Notes under the pieces: model-generated
Told to the model about the DNA's origin: nothing
Databases searched by the model: none
The model's input: the letters and a program-made list of their open reading frames with translations, nothing else
In this document: positions 50,211 through 58,166 of the stretch, piece by piece
How the letters are laid out: every line of letters begins with the position of its first letter
Position numbering within the stretch: the first letter of the stretch is position 1
Position numbers and translations under genes: made by a program
NCBI GenBank assembly: GCA_963675785.1
Contig: OY776562.1
Coordinates: 2,432,001 to 2,496,000, forward strand
Reading direction: 5' to 3'
DNA: 64,000 nt
DNA from: Anaerolineae bacterium
GTDB taxonomy: Bacteria > Chloroflexota > Anaerolineae > UBA1429

Positions 50211-51374
50211 CTAGTTGGCAGCGGAATAGAGCCAAAGTTCTGTCGAACCAGGTTCCGACAGATCAAGGGCAAACAAATAGCCGGTAGTTGTGCCAACGTA
50301 TGCCTTATCTCCCACAACAGCCGGAGTCGAGAGCACAGAGCCAGTCGCGGCAGTTTCGCCAATCTCGCCGACATCGGGATAGAGCCGAACTTTGGCCCCC
50401 GTCTCGGGGTCAATAGACCACACTTCACCTGATGATGTTGCCACAACCAGGTGTCCCTCATTCCTTACAACACCAGACTGCGTATCTGCTCCAAGAGCCG
50501 TAGGCTCCCATCGCGCGCTGCCATCAGTTACGCTCAGGGAGTGCACCATGCCATCAAGTGTGGCAACATAGACATAGTCATCATAGACCACCATAGCCCC
50601 CAGAACCCAGCCATCAACAGGCTGTTCCCAGAGTAGCTCACCTGTTATTGCGTCGAGAGCATAAACATACTTGTCGAGGCAGCCAGCATATACAACGCCA
50701 TTGTATAGCACTGGTGTTGCCTGAAAAGCGCTCTCGGCCTCATAACGCCAATCCTCAGCGCCTGTTGCAAGATCGAGTGCATAAACATTGTGATCCATAG
50801 CAGCCACATAAACATGGGTATCATCTACTACAGGACGAGACCAGATGATATCGGCACTCTCAAAAGGAGCCCCCCATACGAGATCACTTGTGGCCACATC
50901 CACGGCATAAACCTTGTTGTCGCTTGACCCAAAATAGGCTACGCCATCTTGATAGGCTATGCCACCCACAACAGCAGCTTCGGCAGTATAGATAACAGAA
51001 TAGTCACCAGTTACGGCATCAAACAAGTAAACCTGGCCATCAAAGGCCCCCACCAGAATGCCCATATCCGTAACAGTGGGGCTACCGTACACCGCCTGAA
51101 GGGCACTGTCGCCCGTTTCATCATCATTGCCGCCAAACAGAGAAAACCCGCTCGAGCTTGCAACCTCGACGGGATAATACCAAATCGATTGTCCGCTTTC
51201 GGGATCTATGGCAGCCATGGTGCCGTCTGCCATTGCCGAATACACCGCGTCTTCCGTCGCTGTGACCGATGTCCAGCCGACATTCACGACGTTGCGTGAT
51301 GTGCACCCAGACAGCAGAAAAACCACAGCTAGCACAGAGAGAAGGATAACTACTCTCCTCTGACGTTTGTTCAA
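50211..51374 (-). CDS. PQQ-like/BamB-like beta-propeller lipoprotein
   Basis: Signal peptide with LSGC lipobox; repeated blades of the form YA(L/V)D..TG...W. TTG 51374 follows AGGAGG. Confidence 0.85.
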   Translation of the reverse strand: MNKRQRRVVILLSVLAVVFLLSGCTSRNVVNVGWTSVTATEDAVYSAMADGTMAAIDPESGQSIWYYPVEVASSSGFSLFGGNDDETGDSALQAVYGSPTVTDMGILVGAFDGQVYLFDAVTGDYSVIYTAEAAVVGGIAYQDGVAYFGSSDNKVYAVDVATSDLVWGAPFESADIIWSRPVVDDTHVYVAAMDHNVYALDLATGAEDWRYEAESAFQATPVLYNGVVYAGCLDKYVYALDAITGELLWEQPVDGWVLGAMVVYDDYVYVATLDGMVHSLSVTDGSARWEPTALGADTQSGVVRNEGHLVVATSSGEVWSIDPETGAKVRLYPDVGEIGETAATGSVLSTPAVVGDKAYVGTTTGYLFALDLSEPGSTELWLYSAAN

Positions 51375-51411
51375 TGAAAACCTCCTAGTGACCGATTCCG
51401 TCTCATTTAGA

Positions 51412-51630
51412 TCATGGAACCGGATCATAACCACCTTTATTAAAGGGGTGACAGCGCGAAAGACGACGTATGCCCATAGATAGACCATGGAATACCCCGT
51501 ACTTTTCAACCGCCTCATAGGTATACTGCGAACACGTCGGCGTGAAGCGGCAGCTACTGGGGAAAGCGGGAGAAATAAATCGCTGATAAAAATGGATCAG
51601 CGCGAGGATAACGCGAACACCCAATTTCAT
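51412..51630 (-). CDS. yidD: Membrane protein insertion efficiency factor YidD
   Basis: [29 protein letters not shown]. Confidence 0.96.
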   Translation of the reverse strand: MKLGVRVILALIHFYQRFISPAFPSSCRFTPTCSQYTYEAVEKYGVFHGLSMGIRRLSRCHPFNKGGYDPVP

Positions 51631-52004
51631 GGTTGCTCACCCCGTTGGCCCGGGATATGCGCAGACTGCAAATACAAACTAGCAGAAGCAAGCAGTCGAC
51701 TTACATGTTCTTCCACAGTCCCAAAGTCCTGACCCACAATATCCTTTCGGGCGATAAAAACCACATCCCACCCCGGGGAAATCGCATCCAACTGTAGCCG
51801 GACAGCCTCTCGCAACAGGCGTCGAACCCGATTCCGTGTCACCGCATTGCCAATTCGCTTACTAACAGAAAAGCCAAATCGACTGACTAAAAGCCCATTT
51901 GGAACCGCTGCAAGCACTACAATACGATTAGACCAAGAACGCCCCTGTGTGCGCACCCGGTTGAAATCAGCTGAATCAGTAAGGCGGTACGTTTGGGGAA
52001 GCAC
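51627..52004 (-). CDS. rnpA: Ribonuclease P protein component
   Basis: [21 protein letters not shown] (RNR motif). Confidence 0.96.
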   Translation of the reverse strand: MLPQTYRLTDSADFNRVRTQGRSWSNRIVVLAAVPNGLLVSRFGFSVSKRIGNAVTRNRVRRLLREAVRLQLDAISPGWDVVFIARKDIVGQDFGTVEEHVSRLLASASLYLQSAHIPGQRGEQP

Positions 52005-52021
52005 TAGAGTATTAGCAAGCC

Positions 52022-52186
52022 CTAGCGATTATTGATCTTGTAGTTACGTTGAACAGTAAGCACCTTACGACCCTTGGCTCGACGCGCCTTGAGCACTTTA
52101 CGTCCACCGCGGGTAGCCATGCGGGACTGAAAACCGTGCTTGCGCATACGACGCTGCTTTTTGGGTTGCCATGTTCTCTTGGGCAT
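52022..52186 (-). CDS. rpmH: 50S ribosomal protein L34
   Basis: Below the ORF-track cutoff. Manual translation [54 protein letters not shown]; AGGAG RBS. Confidence 0.97.
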   Translation of the reverse strand: MPKRTWQPKKQRRMRKHGFQSRMATRGGRKVLKARRAKGRKVLTVQRNYKINNR

Positions 52187-52245
52187 GTGTATCTCCTAAA
52201 ATATCAATCTCACTGGTGAGATGCAAAATACGCATTGAGCAAGTG

Positions 52246-52275
52246 ATTATACTTGTGATACGCCAAGAGTGTCAA
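52246..52275 (-). promoter_or_regulatory. Consensus sigma70 promoter of the rpmH operon
   Basis: Minus strand TTGACA-N18-TATAAT. Confidence 0.85.
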
Positions 52276-52302
52276 GATAGCCTGACTCCTCTTGAACTAG
52301 GC

Positions 52303-53295
52303 CTAATCCTGTACCGAATCAATCCCAACGCCCCGCACGGGGCATGGCCTCATAACCAACTCACAGCCAGATTCCAAAAGCTGATCAGACAACCTATCCG
52401 GGTCTTGAGAGAGGGCGATGATCGTGCCACCGTCACCAGCACCTGAAAGTTTGGCGCCCAAGGCACCAAACTCGAGTGCTTTGCGAATAACCCGCTCGTT
52501 GGCCTCGCCAGAGCCGCCTAAACCACGTTGTATATCGTGATTCTCGTTCATTAAAGCGCCAAATCGTGTCCAGTTTTCGGCAAGCAAAGCGCGTTTGCCT
52601 TCACGAGCCAGCAAAGCAATACGCTCATAGCCCTGTCGAACTTGGGTGTCCCCATCAAGCCATAACTCGCGAAGTGGCCGATGCACAGCATCCGAAGAAT
52701 GCTGCTTGCCAGTATGAGCCAACACAAAAGGCAATTGGGGCACCATGGGATCGAGGCGTTCTACTGTAGCATACAACTCGCTCGAGTATTCACGATAGTA
52801 CTCTTTTCCACGAAAATCGAGATAGTTCAATTGGCCAAATGTACACATATAGGCATCCTGGTACCCACAAATAACGCGCATATGGTTGAGTTCAACATAG
52901 CGCGCAAGTTCGGCTACCTGATAAAGATTGCCCAGTTGGTTCAAATAGACCAATACGCCATAGACCATGGCTACAGTTAGAGCAGTTGAACTGGACAGGC
53001 CCGCCGACATGGGCACGCTGCTCGAATACTGTATGCGGCAATGCAGATCGTCGCCAAGAAAATAGCCCAATACGGCGCGGGGCACGTCGAACAAATCGCC
53101 GCGCAGGGTATAGTCATCTGGCCCTGATATTGTAAATTTCGTTCCGGCAGTATCCAGCACAAGCTCCGTCGCCGGGCTAATGGTAACTCGTGCCCGCCGA
53201 TCAATGGCACAAGAAATGACAGTGCCGCCGTACATATCCGTCGGATTCCCCAAAAGGCCGCACCTTCCAGGGGCCGAACAAGAGACCTCTCTCAT
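52303..53295 (-). CDS. GHMP-family sugar kinase, glucuronokinase-like
   Basis: PGRCGLLGNPTDMYGG, PMSAGLSSS (GHMP ATP loop), GAKLSGAGDGG. Confidence 0.8.
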   Translation of the reverse strand: MREVSCSAPGRCGLLGNPTDMYGGTVISCAIDRRARVTISPATELVLDTAGTKFTISGPDDYTLRGDLFDVPRAVLGYFLGDDLHCRIQYSSSVPMSAGLSSSTALTVAMVYGVLVYLNQLGNLYQVAELARYVELNHMRVICGYQDAYMCTFGQLNYLDFRGKEYYREYSSELYATVERLDPMVPQLPFVLAHTGKQHSSDAVHRPLRELWLDGDTQVRQGYERIALLAREGKRALLAENWTRFGALMNENHDIQRGLGGSGEANERVIRKALEFGALGAKLSGAGDGGTIIALSQDPDRLSDQLLESGCELVMRPCPVRGVGIDSVQD

Positions 53296-53296
53296 T

Positions 53297-54196
53297 CTAA
53301 AGTTCGCTAGCCTTACGCTTGATGTACTGCCTTAGAGTGTAGCCGTATTTTTCATCGGCCAAAGCCATATCAACAAAAGCCCGATAGTAGCTCTCAAAGT
53401 TGCCAATGTCGTAGCGGTGTTCTCCCTCGCCAAAGCGAATAGCGCGAACGCGATAGCCCATGCGCAGCATCAGTCGAATTGCATCAGTCAGTTGAATCTC
53501 GCCGCCACGGTCAGCCGCCGTACGGCTGATGGCATCAAAAATAGCTGGGGAAAATACATAGCGCGCAGCAATAGCCAGCTGACTGGGTGCCACTGCTGGA
53601 CGCGGTTTTTCAATGAGATCCTCAAGATCGAAATCACGCTGCCCTTCTTGCCCGGCAACCGGCTTGACGATGCCATAACGAAAGACCTCATCAAGCTCTA
53701 CTTGCTCAACAGCAATAGTACAATCGGCGCCACTCTCCAGATGTGTTTTGACCATCTCTTCAAGAAAACAGGCGCCATTCCGTCCCTGAACGATTGAATC
53801 GCCCAACGCGACAACAAAGTGTTCATCGCCTACAAACTGCCGCGCATGATAGATTGCATCGCCAAGACCGCGAGGAATGCTCTGCCGCGTATAGTAAAAG
53901 CGTGTTGGCGTATCAGTAAAAGATAGCTCATCCAACAACGCCTCAGAACCGCCACTGGCCAACAGCCGCTCTAACTCGGGGTCCGCATCAAAATGATCCT
54001 CAATGGCTGTCTTTTTCCGGCCCGTAACAAAGAGAATCTGGTCTAGCCCTGCGTTCTGCAGTTCTTCGACCACATACTGAACCACGGGACGACGCCCAAC
54101 GGGGAGCATCTCTTTGGGCTGAGATTTGGTTGCAGGCAGCAGACGAGTGCCCAATCCCGCTACCGGAATAACCCCCTTGATGATTCGATCAGTCAT
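53297..54196 (-). CDS. UTP--sugar-1-phosphate uridylyltransferase (GalU-like)
   Basis: IPVAGLGTRLLPATK.QPKEMLP, AIEDHFD, GLGDAI, EKP, GEIQLTDAI. Confidence 0.9.
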   Translation of the reverse strand: MTDRIIKGVIPVAGLGTRLLPATKSQPKEMLPVGRRPVVQYVVEELQNAGLDQILFVTGRKKTAIEDHFDADPELERLLASGGSEALLDELSFTDTPTRFYYTRQSIPRGLGDAIYHARQFVGDEHFVVALGDSIVQGRNGACFLEEMVKTHLESGADCTIAVEQVELDEVFRYGIVKPVAGQEGQRDFDLEDLIEKPRPAVAPSQLAIAARYVFSPAIFDAISRTAADRGGEIQLTDAIRLMLRMGYRVRAIRFGEGEHRYDIGNFESYYRAFVDMALADEKYGYTLRQYIKRKASEL

Positions 54197-54228
54197 AGTA
54201 TCTCCTTATTCGGGCCCGTAAGGATGGC

Positions 54229-55047
54229 TCAGCCTTGATCAACGCGGGCAATCAACTTGCGCAACGCTCGAGTCGCAATCTCGAAATTCTCGGGGCCAGA
54301 ATACCCCTTGAAACTACCCGCAAAGCGCAAATGGGGTTCCAGAGACAAAAAACCATCATACCCGCGAGCGTTCAGGGCTGAAAGAATCTCATACACCTGG
54401 CCATCCCCCTCACCCGCTGGCACAATACGCTTTTCAGCGATGATGCCGTCCTTGATGTGCATATAGTCCACATACTCGTCCAGCATGTCCCAGCCGTCAG
54501 TATAGGGATGAACATCTTCCATCACAAAGTTGGCCGGATCAAAAGTCATACGCAACTTGGGCGTGTTGAAGGTTTCTAGAATATCCTTGCAGCGTCGGGG
54601 GATGTCACCATAGATGCGGCGCTCATTCTCATGAAGCAGAACAACCGGACGATCCTCGGCAGCCTCAATCAACTTGGAAAGGCGATCCATCACCGGGCCT
54701 CGATAGGCATCTGCCTCACCCTCGGGCACAAAGAAGGAGAACATGCGGATAAAGGGTGTTCCAAAGAGCTCGGCCAAATCCATGGCGCGCTCGAATTTTT
54801 CAAGATGCGGCTCAAGCGGGGCATCAACCTGAATCTTGCCGATAGGCGAGCCGATGGCAGATACCTGAATGCCTCGCGCATCGAGCTCTGTCTTGAATCG
54901 AGCGATCTCCTGATCATCCAAGTCGAGAACGCCTTTGCCCCATACAGCTCGAAACTCGAGATACCCTATGCCAAGCTGTTCCAAAACATCCAGTTGCTCA
55001 TCCAATTCTTGCGAGATTTCATCAGCAAAGCCTGTTAGTGTGAACAT
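54229..55047 (-). CDS. Sugar phosphate isomerase/epimerase (xylose-isomerase-like TIM barrel)
   Basis: GFADEI, GSPIGK, HENE, FDPANF, HIKD, SLEPH. AGGAGG RBS before ATG 55047. Confidence 0.88.
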   Translation of the reverse strand: MFTLTGFADEISQELDEQLDVLEQLGIGYLEFRAVWGKGVLDLDDQEIARFKTELDARGIQVSAIGSPIGKIQVDAPLEPHLEKFERAMDLAELFGTPFIRMFSFFVPEGEADAYRGPVMDRLSKLIEAAEDRPVVLLHENERRIYGDIPRRCKDILETFNTPKLRMTFDPANFVMEDVHPYTDGWDMLDEYVDYMHIKDGIIAEKRIVPAGEGDGQVYEILSALNARGYDGFLSLEPHLRFAGSFKGYSGPENFEIATRALRKLIARVDQG

Positions 55048-55065
55048 CCTGTCCTCCTTTTTGCC

Positions 55066-55106
55066 AAAAGGAAAGCCCGGAAGCAATCAACGATCGCTTG
55101 CCGGGC
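55066..55106 (-). terminator. Terminator-like hairpin, second of two after tatA
   Basis: Minus strand GCCCGGCAAGCGATC-gtt-GATTGCTTCCGGGC-TTTCCTTTT. Confidence 0.65.
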
Positions 55107-55134
55107 CCATTCCCCTCTCACGCCTAAGTGCCAC

Positions 55135-55155
55135 AAAAGGGCCCTGGCGGCCCTT
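55135..55155 (-). terminator. Terminator-like hairpin immediately after the second tatA
   Basis: Minus strand AAGGGCC-gccag-GGCCCTT-TT. Confidence 0.55.
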
Positions 55156-55159
55156 CAAG

Positions 55160-55363
55160 TTACGACTCCTTGGAGTCGTCGTCTTTGGCTGTACCGATAT
55201 CTTCGAGGTCTTTTTTAGCCTCATCTACATCTTTGATTGCACCCTTGAAATCCTTGACGCCACGGCCGAGCTCTTTACCGAGAGAGCCAAGTTTGCCAGC
55301 GCCAAAGATCAAGATGACGATGACCAGGATAATGATGAGCTCTGTTGTCCCTAAATTGGGCAT
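55160..55363 (-). CDS. tatA: Twin-arginine translocase TatA/TatE subunit
   Basis: ELIIILVIVILIFGAGKL, then LGRGVKDFK amphipathic helix. Confidence 0.95.
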   Translation of the reverse strand: MPNLGTTELIIILVIVILIFGAGKLGSLGKELGRGVKDFKGAIKDVDEAKKDLEDIGTAKDDDSKES

Positions 55364-55390
55364 GACCCCCTCCTTCGGCCGCAGCCATCG

Positions 55391-55651
55391 TTACTCTTCA
55401 GAAGGCTCTGAATCGTCTTCTGCCAAGTCTTCTTTCTTCTCAACGGAAGCTTTTTTCTGGCTTGAAGCCTTTTTGGCCTCGCCTTTTTTCTCTTCTTTTT
55501 CTGCTTCTTCATCGTCGGTTTTTACTGCCTTGCGAAAATCGGAAACGCCCTTGCCAAGTGCGCTACCAACGCTTCCCAATTTGCCGGCACCAAAAATCAA
55601 AATGACGATGACCAGAATGATGATCAGTTCTGTCGTTCCAAGATTCGGCAT
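55391..55651 (-). CDS. tatA: Twin-arginine translocase TatA/TatE subunit
   Basis: ELIIILVIVILIFGAGKL, LGKGVSDFRK, charged tail. GGGAG RBS before ATG 55651. Confidence 0.95.
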   Translation of the reverse strand: MPNLGTTELIIILVIVILIFGAGKLGSVGSALGKGVSDFRKAVKTDDEEAEKEEKKGEAKKASSQKKASVEKKEDLAEDDSEPSEE

Positions 55652-55813
55652 TGTGTGCTTCTCCCAAGAGCGAACGGCTCTACCCATCTCTAGATGGGGC
55701 CGCATGCGAATTAGCAGGCTCGGCGTGAGGGAGCCTCTTATGTATCTCCCCTCAAGCCACTCGTGCTATCGCAAAGACCAAACCATCTGAATTGCTATAA
55801 TCAAGCGCTACCT

Positions 55814-55843
55814 AGTGTAGCCCTGTTTACCCTATCTTGTCAA
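55814..55843 (-). promoter_or_regulatory. Putative sigma70 promoter for the tatA pair
   Basis: Minus strand TTGACA-N18-TACACT, about 160 nt upstream of the start codon. Confidence 0.6.
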
Positions 55844-55930
55844 AAGTGGATGGTATCTTTGACATAAGCCATCTGGTCAATCACGATTCGGTTGGCCAGC
55901 AACCATCCCTATGTTACAATTATGGCACTT

Positions 55931-56302
55931 ATGAAACAAGCCAAACGTACAGGGAATTTGGGTGAAGACATGGCCTGCCAGGCACTCGCCCAGGCGGGTT
56001 ATCAAATCATAGAGCGAAACTGGCGCTATGCCAAGGGCGAAATCGATCTCGTTGCCAGGGAAGAAGAAACCTGGGCTTTTGTTGAAGTCAAGGCAAGGCA
56101 TGGTCGTAAAAGTGGTTATCCCGAAGAAGCGGTCACCCCGACCAAACTCACGCGCATTCAAGAAGCAGCAGAGAACTATCTTGCCGAACACAATCTTGAT
56201 GACGTAAACTGGCGTATTGACATCGTGGCAATCGAGCTCGATCATGCGAATCACATCAAGTCACTTCGTGTTCTCAAGGGGCTCACTGCCGATGAAGACT
56301 GA
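55931..56302 (+). CDS. yraN: YraN family (UPF0102) PD-(D/E)xK endonuclease-like protein
   Basis: GE..A, ERNWR...GEIDLVA, FVEVKAR, RIDIV. Preceded by TGTTACAAT extended -10. Confidence 0.92.
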   Translation: MKQAKRTGNLGEDMACQALAQAGYQIIERNWRYAKGEIDLVAREEETWAFVEVKARHGRKSGYPEEAVTPTKLTRIQEAAENYLAEHNLDDVNWRIDIVAIELDHANHIKSLRVLKGLTADED

Positions 56303-57227
56303 ACCGGCAAACGTCAAGGTCGTCACCATTGTTGGTCCGACAGCCGTGGGAAAAACCGGCCTCTCAGTCGAATTGTGCGAGGCTCTGGGGGGTGAGATCG
56401 TTTCAGCCGATTCACGGCAGATCTACCGCCATATGGATATTGGTACGGCCAAAGCCACTGCCACCGAGCAGGCCCGAGCCCGCCACCACCTCATTGACAT
56501 TGTCGATCCGGATCAGGAACTCACCCTGGCACATTATCAAAAACTGGCACTGGATTGCTTTGACGAGACCAGCGCCCAAGGAAAATTGCCATTCTTGGTG
56601 GGCGGCACAGGGTTGTACGTCAAGGCGACACTAGAAGGTTGGACGGTACCGCAAGTTCCTCCTAACCCAGATTTCCGGGCAGAAATGGAATCGCGAGCCG
56701 AGGAAATCGGCGTGGACGGCTTGCATCAAGAGCTAGCCAAAGTTGATCCAGAAGCGGCTGCACATATTGATGCACGCAATGTTCGCCGCGTTATTCGTGC
56801 TCTCGAAGTCTATCAGCATACCGGGCAGAAAATGTCCGAGCAACAGCAAAAGTGCCCGCCCCCATTGGACGTGCTTCAAATCGGGTTGACACGGGGCAGG
56901 CAGACGCTGTATGAACGCATCGATCTGCGCATTGACCGAATGATCGAGATCGGCCTGGAAGCCGAAGTGCGCGGCCTGCTTGATAGAGGTTATACTCCAG
57001 ATTTGCCGGCTATGAGTGGGCTGGGCTATCGCCAGATGATTGATGCCATTCAGGGCAAAACAACCCTCGATGAAGCCATTGCCCTGACGAAAAGACATAC
57101 TCGACGCTTTGTTCGCCAGCAATATAACTGGTTTCGCCTATCCGATCCGGCCATTCACTGGTATGATGCTTCTACGATAGAAACTCAAAAACTGGCAGAC
57201 GAGATTCAAACCTTTCTCAATGCCTAA
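56292..57227 (+). CDS. miaA: tRNA dimethylallyltransferase
   Basis: GPTAVGKT, SADSRQIY..MDIGTAK, VGGTGLY, RRVIRALEV, LGY, RQ..WF. Confidence 0.97.
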   Translation: MKTEPANVKVVTIVGPTAVGKTGLSVELCEALGGEIVSADSRQIYRHMDIGTAKATATEQARARHHLIDIVDPDQELTLAHYQKLALDCFDETSAQGKLPFLVGGTGLYVKATLEGWTVPQVPPNPDFRAEMESRAEEIGVDGLHQELAKVDPEAAAHIDARNVRRVIRALEVYQHTGQKMSEQQQKCPPPLDVLQIGLTRGRQTLYERIDLRIDRMIEIGLEAEVRGLLDRGYTPDLPAMSGLGYRQMIDAIQGKTTLDEAIALTKRHTRRFVRQQYNWFRLSDPAIHWYDASTIETQKLADEIQTFLNA

Positions 57228-57248
57228 GCGCAGCAGGAGACGGCGCGC

Positions 57249-58166
57249 ATGTCGTATACTGACGCATCATTCGCACCCAAACGCGGCAAAGCCAAACGAG
57301 CTCTCACTGTCGTTCTGATTCTCATTGCTGTTGTCGTTGGCTCGCGTTTTCTAGAGACGGGCTCTATTCAAGTTTTGCCCTCGCCCCAAGTGGAGATTAA
57401 CACAGGCACAGCGACGCTCTATCGTGTCGATTCTTCCGAACCTGCTACGCTCATCGTTGGAGCGACAAAGAACCTTGAAGAAGGCGATGAGATTGTTTGC
57501 AGTGCGGATGGCACGGCGACGCTCACACTGGGAGACAGCCGCACCATCGAAATGGCGGAGAATACGCGTGTTACGTTGTTGAGTACAGAGTGGGACATAA
57601 CTGATCGCAGCAACCCCGCCTGGATTGCCGTAGACGAAGGTCAAGTTATTGCCCGAGTGGCGGCGTCTACACTTGCTTCAGCGCCGCTCACGCTGGATAC
57701 AGATACTGTCAGCCTCAAAACAGAAAACGCTACCTTTACCTGCAGCGTACCTGATCGCGACCACACTTATGTTGCCGTCTTTAGCGGCGAGGTTACAGTG
57801 TCCATGGGTAGAGATGAGGTCACCGTTGTCGGAGGACAAAGTCTGGATGCCACCCTGGGTTACCAGCTCGAGGTGCAAGCCATGACAGACGCAGAACTTG
57901 CGGCAGAGCCAACGGCCTCACTGACACCAGAAGCCTCGACCTCATCACTTGCCACAACGCCCACTGCTGAAGGTGTTGGAGTCACATCCACAGCAAACAA
58001 TGGGACAACCACCTACACGGTTCAATCGGGCGATACGCTCTACAGCATTGCCCAACGCTATGGCATCGACTGGGAGACTCTGTGGCAGGCCAATATCGAT
58101 ACTGTGCCCACCGCAGAACAGCTCAAAGCTGGCCAGGAACTGATTATCCCTACTGGTGGTAACTGA
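57249..58166 (+). CDS. Membrane-anchored FecR-like beta domain plus C-terminal LysM protein
   Basis: N-terminal TM helix; L..GDEI, L.LGD, ENT.V and VAVFSGEV.V (FecR-like); Ser/Thr linker; YTVQSGDTLYSIAQRYG...GQEL.IP (LysM). Confidence 0.8.
   Translation: MSYTDASFAPKRGKAKRALTVVLILIAVVVGSRFLETGSIQVLPSPQVEINTGTATLYRVDSSEPATLIVGATKNLEEGDEIVCSADGTATLTLGDSRTIEMAENTRVTLLSTEWDITDRSNPAWIAVDEGQVIARVAASTLASAPLTLDTDTVSLKTENATFTCSVPDRDHTYVAVFSGEVTVSMGRDEVTVVGGQSLDATLGYQLEVQAMTDAELAAEPTASLTPEASTSSLATTPTAEGVGVTSTANNGTTTYTVQSGDTLYSIAQRYGIDWETLWQANIDTVPTAEQLKAGQELIIPTGGN

Noticed and set aside
52207-52222. ATCTCAC-tg-GTGAGAT palindrome in the rpmH leader
   Set aside because: Short and plausibly a simple leader hairpin; nothing else supports a regulatory role.
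55128-55790. 220-aa plus-strand ORF with an internal repeat
   Set aside because: The repeat is just the antisense of the two tatA copies.
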